A DNA stretch of 64,000 nt from the human T2T-CHM13v2.0 reference genome, Homo sapiens: NCBI RefSeq assembly GCF_009914755.1, contig NC_060948.1. One strand, 5' to 3'. A model generated the notes under the pieces. It searched no databases, was not told the origin of the DNA, and worked only from the letters and a program-made list of their open reading frames with translations. This document shows positions 50,000 to 62,300 of this stretch, one piece after another. Every line of letters starts with the position of its first letter. Positions within the stretch are counted from its first letter, which is position 1. A program made the translations under genes and the position numbers.

Positions 50000-52900
50000 C
50001 GAATGGCATGGAAGTGAATAGAATGGAACTAAATCGAATGGAATGGAATTGATAGGAACGGAATGGAAAGGAATGCAATGATTTGGCATGGAATGGAATC
50101 GAATGGCATCGAATGGAATGGAATGGAATGCAATGGAATGGAATGTATTAGAATGTAATGAACTTTAATGGAATGTACTCGAATGGATTCAACTGGAATG
50201 GAATGTTCTCGAAGTGAATGGACTCCAATGGAATGGATTCGAAAGGAATGGAATCTAATGGAATGGAATTAAATGGAAATGAATCAAATTGAATAGAACG
50301 GAATTGAATTGAATGGAATCGAATGCAATGGAATCTAAAGAAAAGGAAAGGAAAGGAATGGAATGGATTGGAATGGAATGGGCTGGAATGGAATGGAATC
50401 GAAACGAATGGAATGGAATCGAACTGAAGAGACTGGAATGGAATGCACTGGAATGGAAGGGAATGTAATGGAAGGTTCTCAAGAAAAATGGAATCGAAAG
50501 GAATGGAATTGAATGGAACGGAATAGAGTCGAATGGAATTCAATGGAATGGAATGGACTAGAGTGAAATGGAATCGAACCACAAGGAATGGACAGGAATA
50601 GAATGGTCTCGAATTGAATGGAATCGTATGGAATGGCATCAAACGGAATGGAATGGACAGCCACGGAATGGAATGCACTCGAATGCAATGGAGTCGACAC
50701 TAACGGAGTGGAATAGAATGGACTCGACTGGTACGGACTCCAATGGAATGGAATCGAATGGAAGGGTATCGAACGGAATGGACTCGAAGGGAAAAGACTG
50801 CAATGGAAAGGTCTCGAATGGAATGGAAATTAATGGAATGGAATGGAATCGAATGAAATGGAGTCAAAAGGAATGGAATCGAATGGCAAGAAATCGAATG
50901 TAATGGAATCGCAAGGAATTGAAGTGAACGGAACGGAATGCAATGGAATCCAAAGGAATGGAATAGAATGGAATGGAATCGAATGGAAAGGACTCGAATG
51001 GAAATCACTCGAATAGAATGCAATTTAATAAAATAGGATCAAATGTAATGGAATGGAATGGAAAGGAATCGAAACGAAAGGAATGGAGACAGATGGAATG
51101 GAATGGAACAGAGAGCAATGGTATAGAATGGAATGGAATCATCTGGAATGGAATTGAATGGAATGGAATAACATGAAATGGACTGGAATGGAATGGAATG
51201 CCCTTGAATTAAATGGACTGGAATGGAATGGACTCGAACAGAGTGGAATGGAAAGTGTTGAAATAGAATGGAATGGACTCGTTTGGAATGGTCTAGTATG
51301 CAATGCAATCGACTGGCAGGGAATCAAAAGGAATGTAATCGAATGGATTGGACTGGAATGCAATGGACTCGAATAGATTGGAAACGGAAAGCAAAGGAAT
51401 GGAATGGAATAGTATGGAATGGAATGGAAAGGAATGGAGTGGAATAGACTAGAGTGGAATGGAATGGACTGGAAAGCAATGGACTGGAATGGAACTTTCT
51501 TGAATGGACTGGAATCAAACGGAATGGAATGCAATGCAATCAAATGGCATGGAATAAAATAGAATGAAAGAGAATCAAATGGAATTGAATCGAATGGAAT
51601 CGAATGGATTGGAAAGGAATAGAATGGAATGGAACGGAATTGACTCAAATGGAATGGACTAGAATGGAATGGATTCGAATGGAAGGCAAACGAATGGAAT
51701 CTATTGGAATGGACTGTAATGGAATGGAATGGAAGGGATTGGAATGGACTCGAATGGAATGGACTGCAATAGAAAGGATTCGAATGGAATGAAAAAGAAT
51801 TGAATGAAATAGAAGAGAATGGAAACAAATCGAATGAAATGGAATGGAAGAGAAAGGAATGGAATGAAATGGAATGGAAAGGATTCGAATGGAATGCAAT
51901 CGAATGGAATGGAATCGAACGGAATGGAATAAAATGGAAGAAAACTGGCAAGAAATGGAATCGAAATGAATGGAGTGTTATGGAACGGACTCAAAAGGAA
52001 TTGAATGTAATAGAATGGAGTGGAGTGGACTCGAATATAATGGACTGGAATGGAATGAAATCACATGGAATGGGAACGAATGGAATGGAATGGAAAGGAA
52101 TGGAATCGAATGGAAAGGAATCGAATGGAAGGGAATGAAATTGAATCAACAGGAATGGAAGGGAGTAGAATAGACGGTAATGGAATGGACTCGAATAGAA
52201 TGGACACGAATGCTCAAATTGAATGGACTCGAATGGAATGGAAACGAAAGGAATGTCATCGAATGGAATTGAATCGATTGGAATGAAATCGCATAGAATG
52301 GAGTGGAATCAAAAGGAATTGAATCGAAAGGAAAGGAAGCGAATGGACTGAAATGAAATGGAATGGAATTGAATGGAAAGTAATGCAATGGAATAGAATG
52401 GAACGAAATTTCACGGAATGGAATCAAACTGAATGGAATCAAATCAATGGAATATAATCAAATGGAATGGAAAGGAATTGAACGGAGTAGATTGGATTGG
52501 ATGGGATTGGAATGAAATGTACTGGAAAGGACTCGAAATTCATGAAACGGAATGGAATGAACTGGAACGGAATGGAATCGAATGGAATGGAATGTCATGT
52601 AATGGCATCAAATGGAATGGAATCGAATGCGATGGAATGCTATGGAATGGAATGGAATGCATAGGAATGGAATGTCCTCTAATGGAATGTATTCGAGTGG
52701 AATGGAATCGAATATAATGGAGTCTAATGAAATGGAATTGAAAGGAATGGGACCGAATACAATGGAATAAACTGGAATGTAATGTAATGAACTCGAATGT
52801 AATTGACTGGAATGGAATGTACATGAATGGAATGTAATCGAATGGAAAGCAATCCAATGGAATAGAATCTAATGCAATAAAATCGACTCAAATAGAGTAG

Positions 52901-55900
52901 AATGTAATGGAATGGAGTGCAGTGCAATGGAATGGAATGGAATGCAACGGAATGGAATGGAATGGAATGGAATGGGATGGAATGGTATGGAATGGATAGT
53001 AATGGACTGGAGTGAAATGGACTGGAAAAGAATGGACTCAAATTGAAAGGGCTCGAAAGGAATGGAGTCAAATGGAATGGTCTGGAATGGAATGAACACG
53101 AATGTAATGCAATCCAATAGAATGGAATCGAATGGCATAGAATATAAAGAAATGGAATCGAAGAGAATGGAAACAAATGGAATGGAATTGAATGGAATGG
53201 AATTGAATGGAATGGGAACGAATGGAGTGAAATTGTATGCAGTAGAAGAGAATAGAATGGAATGCAAGCGAAAGGAAAGGAATGGATTGGAATGGAATGG
53301 AATTCATTGGAATGGAAGGGAATGTAGTGTAATGGACAGGCCTGGAATAAAGTGGAATGCTACGGTCTCGAATGGAATAAAAATGTATGGAATGGAATGC
53401 AATGAAATGGAATCGAATGTCATAGAATGTAATGGAATGCAAAAAAATGGAATCCAAAATCATTGACTGGAAAGGCTGGGTGTCGAAAGGAATTGACTCC
53501 AATGGAATGGAATCGAATGGCATGGAAGTGAATAGAATGGAACTAAATCGAATGGAATGGAATTGATAGGAACGGAATGGAAAGGAATGCAATGATTTGG
53601 CATGGAATGGAATCGAATGGCATCGAATGGAATGGAATGGAATGCAATGGAATGGAATGTATTAGAATGTAATGAACTTTAATGGAATGTACTCGAATGG
53701 ATTCGACTGGAATGGAATGTTCTCGAAGTGAATGGACTCCAATGGAATGGATTCGAAAGGAATGGAATCTAATGGAATGGAATTAAATGGAAATGAATCA
53801 AATTGAATAGAACGGAATTGAATTGAATGGAATCGAATGCAATGGAATCTAATGAAAAGGAAAGGAAAGGAATGGAATGGATTGGAATGGAATGGGCTGG
53901 AATGGAATGGAATCGAAACGAATGGAATGGAATCGAACTGAAGAGACTGGAATGGAATGCACTGGAATGGAAGGGAATGTAATGGAAGGTTCTCAAGAAA
54001 AATGGAATCGAAAGGAATGGAATTGAATGGAACGGAATAGAGTCGAATGGAATTCAATGGAATGGAATGGACTAGAGTGAAATGGAATCGAACCACAAGG
54101 AATGGACAGGAATAGAATGGTCTCGAATTGAATGGAATCGTATGGAATGGCATCAAACGGAATGGAATGGACAGCCACGGAATGGAATGCACTCGAATGC
54201 AATGGAGTCGACACTAACGGAGTGGAATAGAATGGACTCGACTGGTACGGACTCCAATGGAATGGAATCGAATGGAAGGGTATCGAACGGAATGGACTCG
54301 AAGGGAAAAGACTGCAATGGAAAGGTCTCGAATGGAATGGAAATTAATGGAATGGAATGGAATCGAATGAAATGGAGTCAAAAGGAATGGAATCGAATGG
54401 CAAGAAATCGAATGTAATGGAATCGCAAGGAATTGAAGTGAACGGAACGGAATGCAATGGAATCCAAAGGAATGGAATAGAATGGAATGGAATCGAATGG
54501 AAAGGACTCGAATGGAAATCACTCGAATAGAATGCAATTTAATAAAATAGGATCAAATGTAATGGAATGGAATGGAAAGGAATCGAAACGAAAGGAATGG
54601 AGACAGATGGAATGGAATGGAACAGAGAGCAATGGTATAGAATGGAATGGAATCATCTGGAATGGAATTGAATGGAATGGAATAACATGAAATGGACTGG
54701 AATGGAATGGAATGCCCTTGAATTAAATGGACTGGAATGGAATGGACTCGAACAGAGTGGAATGGAAAGTGTTGAAATAGAATGGAATGGACTCGTTTGG
54801 AATGGTCTAGTATGCAATGCAATCGACTGGCAGGGAATCAAAAGGAATGTAATCGAATGGATTGGACTGGAATGCAATGGACTCGAATAGATTGGAAACG
54901 GAAAGCAAAGGAATGGAATGGAATAGTATGGAATGGAATGGAAAGGAATGGAGTGGAATAGACTAGAGTGGAATGGAATGGACTGGAAAGCAATGGACTG
55001 GAATGGAACTTTCTTGAATGGACTGGAATCAAACGGAATGGAATGCAATGCAATCAAATGGCATGGAATAAAATAGAATGAAAGAGAATCAAATGGAATT
55101 GAATCGAATGGAATCGAATGGATTGGAAAGGAATAGAATGGAATGGAACGGAATTGACTCAAATGGAATGGACTAGAATGGAATGGATTCGAATGGAAGG
55201 CAAATGAATGGAATCTATTGGAATGGACTGTAATGGAATGGAATGGAAGGGATTGGAATGGACTCGAATGGAATGGACTGCAATAGAAAGGATTCGAATG
55301 GAATGAAAAAGAATTGAATGGAATAGAACAGAATGGAATCAAATCGAATGAAATGGAATGGAAGAGAAAGGAATGGAATGAAATGGAATGGAAAGGATTC
55401 GAATGGAATGCAATCGAATGGAATGGAATCGAACGGAATGGAATAAAATGGAAGAAAACTGGCAAGAAATGGAATCGAAATGAATGGAGTGTTATGGAAC
55501 GGACTCAAAAGGAATTGAATGTAATAGAATGGAGTGGAGTGGACTCGAATATAATGGACTGGAATGGAATGAAATCACATGGAATGGGAACGAATGGAAT
55601 GGAATGGAAAGGAATGGAATCGAATGGAAAGGAATCGAATGGAAGGGAATGAAATTGAATCAACAGGAATGGAAGGGAGTAGAATAGACGGTAATGGAAT
55701 GGACTCGAATAGAATGGACACGAATGCTCAAATTGAATGCACTCGAATGGAATGGAAACGAAAGGAATGTCATCGAATGGAATTGAATCGATTGGAATGA
55801 AATCGCATAGAATGGAGTGGAATCAAATGGAATTGAATCGAAAGGAAAGGAAGCGAATGGACTGAAATGAAATGGAATGGAATTGAATGGAAAGTAATGC

Positions 55901-56900
55901 AATGGAATAGAATGGAACGAAATTTCACGGAATGGAATCAAACTGAATGGAATCAAATCAATGGAATATAATCAAATGGAATGGAAAGGAATTGAATGGA
56001 GTAGATTGGATTGGATGGGATTGGAATGAAATGTACTGGAAAGGACTCGAAATTCATGAAACGGAATGGAATGAACTGGAACGGAATGGACTCGAATGGA
56101 ATGGAATGTCATGGAATGGCATCAAATGGAATGGAATCGAATGCGATGGAATGCTATGGAATGGAATGGAATGCATTGGAATGGAATGTCCTCTAATGGA
56201 ATGTATTCGAGTGGAATGGAATCGAATATAATGGAGTCTAATGAAATGGAATTGAAAGGAATGGGACCGAATACAATGGAATAAACTGGTATGTAATGTA
56301 ATGAACTCGAATGTAATTGACTGGAATGGAATGTACATGAATGGAATGTAATCGAATGGAAAGCAATCCAATGGAATAGAATCTAATGCAATAAAATCGA
56401 CTCAAATAGAGTAGAATGTAATGGAATGGAGTGCAGTGCAATGGAATGGAATGGAATGCAACGGAATGGAATGGAATGGAATGGAATGGGATGGAATGGT
56501 ATGGAATGGATAGTAATGGACTGGAGTGAAATGGACTGGAAAAGAATGGACTCAAATTGAAAGGGCTCGAAAGGAATGGAGTCAAATGGAATGGTCTGGA
56601 ATGGAATGAACACGAATGTAATGCAATCCAATAGAATGGAATCGAATGGCATGGAATATAAAGAAATGGAATCGAAGAGAATGGAAACAAATGGAATGGA
56701 ATTGAATGGAATGGAATTGAATGGAATGGGAACGAATGGAGTGAAATTGTATGCAGTAGAAGAGAATAGAATGGAATGCAAGCGAAAGGAAAGGAATGGA
56801 TTGGAATGGAATGGAATTCATTGGAATGGAAGGGAATGTAGTGTAATGGACAGGCCTGGAATAAAGTGGAATGCTACGGTCTCGAATGGAATAAAAATGT
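50000..56900 (+). repeat. Tandem duplication of a 3514 bp DYZ1 monomer; ends approximate
   Basis: TTCTCAAGAAAA, GTCGACACTAACGG, GGGTATCG and CGAAATTCATG recur at +3514 (ORFs 50568/54082, 52433/55947). Confidence 0.85.
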
Positions 56901-59349
56901 ATGGAATGGAATGCAATGAAACGGAATCGAATGTCATAGAATGTAATGGAATGCAAAAAAATGGACTCCAAAATCATTGACTGGAAAGGCTGGGTGTCGA
57001 AAGGAATTGACTCCAATGGAATGGAATCGAATGGAATGGAAGTGAATAGAATCGAACTAAATCGAATGGAATGGAATTGATAGGAACGGAATGGAAAGGA
57101 ATGCAATGATTTGGCATGGAATGGAATCGAAAGGCATCGAATGGAATGGAATGGAATGCAATGGAATGGAATGTATTAGAATGTAATGAACATTAATGGA
57201 AAGTACTCGAATGGATTCGACTGGAATGGAATGTTCTGGAAGTGAATGGACTCCAATGGAATGGATTCGAAAGGAATGGAATCGAACGGAATGGAATTAA
57301 ACGGAAATGAATCAAATAGAATAGAACGGAATTGAATTGAATGGAATCGAATGCAATGGAATCTAATGAAACGGAAAGGAATGGAATGGAATGGGCTGGA
57401 ATGGAATGGAATCGAAACGAATGGAATGGAATCGAACTGAAGAGACTGGAATGGAATGCACTGGAATGGAAGGGAATGTAATGGAAGGTTCTCGAAAAAA
57501 ATGGAATCGAAAGGAATGGAATTGAATGGAACGGAATAGAGTCGAATGGAATTCAATGGAATGGAATGGACTAGAGTGAAATGGAATCGAACCACAAGGA
57601 ATGGACAGGAATAGAATGGTCTCGAATTGAATGGAATCGTATGGAATGGCATCAAACGGAATGGAATGGACGGCCACGGAATGGAATGCACTCGAATGCA
57701 ATGGAGTCGAAACTAATGGACTGGAATAGAATGGACTCGACTGGTACGGACTCCAATGGAATGGAATCGAATGGAAGGGAATCGAACGGAATGGACTCGA
57801 AGGGAAAAGACTGCAATGGAAAGGTCTCGAATGGAATGGAAATTAATGGAATGGAATGGAATCGAATGAAATGGAGTCAAAAGGAATGGAATCGAATGGC
57901 AAGAAATCGAATGTAATGGAATCGCAAGGAATTGATGTGAACGGAACGGAATGGAATGGAATCCAAAGGAATGGAATAGAATGGAATGGAATCGAATGGA
58001 AAGGACTCGAATGGAAATCACTCGAATAGAATGCAATTTAATAAAATAGGATCAAATGTAATGGAATGGAATGGAAAGGAATCGAAACGAAAGGAATGGA
58101 GACAGATGGAATGGAATGGAACAGAGAGCAATGGTATAGAATGGAATGGAATCATCTGGAATGGAATTGAATGGAATGGAATAATATGAAATGGAATGGA
58201 ATGGAATGGAATGCCCTTGAATTAAATGGACTGGAATGGAATGGACTCGAACAGAGTGGAATGGAAAGTGTTGAAATAGAATGGAATGGACTCGTTTGGA
58301 ATGGTCTAGTATGCAATGCAATCGACTGGCAGGGAATCAAAAGGAATGTAATCGAATGGATTGGACTGGAATGCAATGGACTCGAATAGATTGGAAACGG
58401 AAAGCAAAGGAATGGAATGGAATAGTATGGAATGGAATGCAAAGGAATGGAGTGGAATAGACTAGAGTGGAATGGAATGGACTCGAAAGCAATGGACTGG
58501 AATGGAACTTTCTTGAATGGACTGGAATCAAACGGAATGGAATGCAATGCAATCAAATGGCATGGAATAAAATAGAATGAAAGAGAATCAAATGGAATTG
58601 AATCGAATGGAATCGAATGGATTGGAAAGGAATAGAATGGAATGGAATGGAATTGACTCAAATGGAATGGACTAGAATGGAATGGATTCGAATGGAAGGC
58701 AAAGGAATGGAATCTATTGGAATGGACTGTAATGGAATGGAATGGAAGGGATTGTAATGGACTCGAATGGAATGGACTGCAGTAGAAAGGATTCGAATGG
58801 AATGAAAAAGAATTGAATGGAATAGAACAGAATGGAATCAAATCGAATGAAATGGAATGGAATAGAAAGGAATGGAATGAAATGGAATGGAAAGGATTCG
58901 AATGGAATGCAATCGAATGGAATGAAATCGAATGGAATGGAATCGAACGGAATGGAATAAAATGGAAGAAAACTGGCAAGAAATGGAATCGAAATGAATG
59001 GAGTGTTACGGAACGGACTCAAAAGGAATTGAATGTAATAGAATGGAGTGGAGTGGACTCGAATATAATGGACTAGAATGGAATGAAATCACATGGAATG
59101 GGAACGAATGGAATGGAATGGAAAGGAATGGAATCGAATGGAAAGGAATCGAATGGAAGGGAATGAAATTGAATCAACAGGAATGGAAGGGAGTAGAATA
59201 GACGGTAATGGAATGGACTCGAATAGAATGGACACGAATGCTCAAATTGAATGGACTCGAATGGAATGGCAACGAAAGGAATGTCATCGAATGGAATTGA
59301 ATCGTTGGAATGAAATCACATAGAATGGAGTGGAATCAAATGGAATTGA

Positions 59350-62300
59350 ATCGAAAGGAAAAGAAGCGAATTGACTGAAATGAAATGGAATGGAATTGAA
59401 TGGAAAGTAATGCAACGGAATAGAATGGAATGAAATTTCACGGAATGGAATCAAACTGAATGGAATCAAATCAATGGAATATAATCAAATGGAATGGAAA
59501 GGAATTGAATGGAGTAGATTGTATTGGATGGGATTGGAATGAAATGTACTGGAAAGGACTCGAATTTCATGAAACGGAATGGAATGTATTAGAACGGAAT
59601 GGACTCGAATGGAATTGAATGTCACGGAATGGCATCAAATGGAATGGCATCAATTGGAATGGAATCGAATGCAATGGAATGCTATGGAATGGAATGGAAT
59701 GCATTGGAATGGAATGTCCTCTAATGGAATGGATTCGAGTGGAATGGAATCGAATATAATGGAGTCTAATGAAATGGAATTGAAAGGAATGGGATCCAAT
59801 ACAATGGAATATACTGGAATGTAATGTAATGAACTCGAATGTAATTGACTGGAATGGAATGTACATGAGTGGAATGTAATCGAATGGAAAGTAATCCAAT
59901 GGAATAGAATCTAATGCAATAAAATCGACTCAAATAGAGTAGAATGTAATGGAATGGAGTGCAGTGCAATGGAATGGAATGGAATGGGATGGAATGGTAT
60001 GGAATGGATAGTAATGGACTGGAGTGAAATGGACTGGAAAATAATGGACTCAAATTGAAAGGGCTCGAAAGGAATGGAGTCAAATGGAATGGTCTGGAAT
60101 GGAATGAACACGAATGTAATGCAATCCAATAGAATGGAATCGAATGGCATGGAATATAAAGAAATGGAATCGAAGAGAATGGAAACAAATGGAATGGAAT
60201 TGAATGGAATGGAATTGAATGGAATGGGAACGAATGGAGTGAAATTGTATGCAGTAGAAGAGAATAGAATGGAATGCAAGCGAAAGGAAAGGAATGGATT
60301 GGAATGGAATGGAATTCATTGGAATGGAAGGGAATGTAGTGTAATGGACAGGCCTGTAATAAAGTGGAATGCTACGGTCTCGAATGGAATAAAAATGTAT
60401 GGAATGGAATGCAATGAAACGGAATCGAATGTCATAGAAGTAATGGAATGCAAAAAAATGGACTCCAAAATCATTGACTGGAAAGGCTGGGTGTCGAAAG
60501 GAATTTACTCCAATGGAATGGAATCGAATGGAATGGAAGTGAATAGAATCGAACTAAATCGAATGGAATGGAATTGATAGGAACGGAATGGAAAGGAATG
60601 CAATGATTTCGCATGGAATGGAATCGAATGGCATCGAATGGAATGGAATGGAATGCAATGGAATGGAATGTATTAAAATGTAATGAACTTTAATGGAATG
60701 TACTCGAATGGATTCGACTGGAATGGAATGTTCTCGAAGTGAATGGACTCCAATGGAATGGATTCGAAAGGAATGGAATCTAATGGAATGGAATTAAATG
60801 GAAATGAATCAAATTGAATAGAACGGAATTGAATTGAATGGAATCGAATGCAATGGAATCTAATGAAACGGAAAGGAAAGGAATGGAATGGAATGGAATG
60901 GAATGGGCTGGAATGGAATGGAATCGAAACGAATGGAATGGAATCGAACTGAAGAGACTGGAATGGAATACACTGGAATGGAAGGGAATGTAATGGAAGG
61001 TTCTCGAAAAAATGTAATTGAAAGGAATGGAATTGAGTGTAACGGAATAGAGTCGAATGGAATTCAATGGAATGGAATGGACTAGAGTGAAATGGAATCG
61101 AACCACAAGGAATGGACAGGAATAGAATGGTCTCGAATTGAATGGAATCGTATGGAATGGCATCAAACGGAATGGAATGGACAGCCACGGAATGGAATGC
61201 ACTCGAATGCAATGGAGTCGAAACTAATGGACTGGAATAGAATGGACTCGACTGGTACGGACTCCAATGGAATGGAATCGAATGGAAGGGAATCGAACGG
61301 AATGGACTCGAAGGGAAAAGACTGCAATGGAAAGGTCTCGAATGGAATGGAAATTAATGGAATGGAATGGAATCGAATGAAATGGAGTCAAAAGGAATGG
61401 AATCGAATGGCAAGAAATCGGATGTAATGGAATCGCAAGGAATTGATGTGAACGGAACGGAATGGAATGGAATCCAAAGGAATGGAATAGAATGGAATGG
61501 AATCGAATGGAAAGGACTCGAATGGAAATCACTCGAATAGAATGCAATTTAATAAAATAGGATCAAATGTAATGGAATGGAATGGAAAGGAATCGAAACG
61601 AAAGGAATGGAGACAGATGGAATGGAATGGAACAGAGAGCAATGGTATAGAATGGAATGGAATCATCTGGAATGGAATTGAATGGAATGGAATAACATGA
61701 AATGGACTGGAATGGAATGGAATGCCCTTGAATTAAATGGACTGGAATGGAATGGACTCGAACAGAGTGGAATGGAAAGTGTTGAAATAGAATGGAATGG
61801 ACTCGTTTGGAATGGTCTAGTATGCAATGCAATCGACTGGCAGGGAATCAAAAGGAATGTAATCGAATGGATTGGACTGGAATGCAATGGACTCGAATAG
61901 ATTGGAAACGGAATGCAAAGGAATGGAATGGAATAGTATGGAATGGAATGGAAAGGAATGGAGTGGAATAGACTAGAGTGGAATGGAATGGACTCGAAAG
62001 CAATGGACTGGAATGGAACTTTCTTGAATGGACTGGAATCAAACGGAATGGAATGTAATGCAATCAAATGGCATGGAATAAAATAGAATGAAAGAGAATC
62101 AAATGGAATTGAATCGAATGGAATCGAATGGATTGGAAAGGAATAGAATGGAATGGAATGGAATTGACTCAAATGGAATGGACTAGAATGGAATGGATTC
62201 GAATGGAAGGCAAAGGAATGGAATCTATTGGAATGGACTGTAATGGAATGGAATGGAAGGGATTGGAATGGACTCGAATGGAATGGACTGCAATAGAAAG

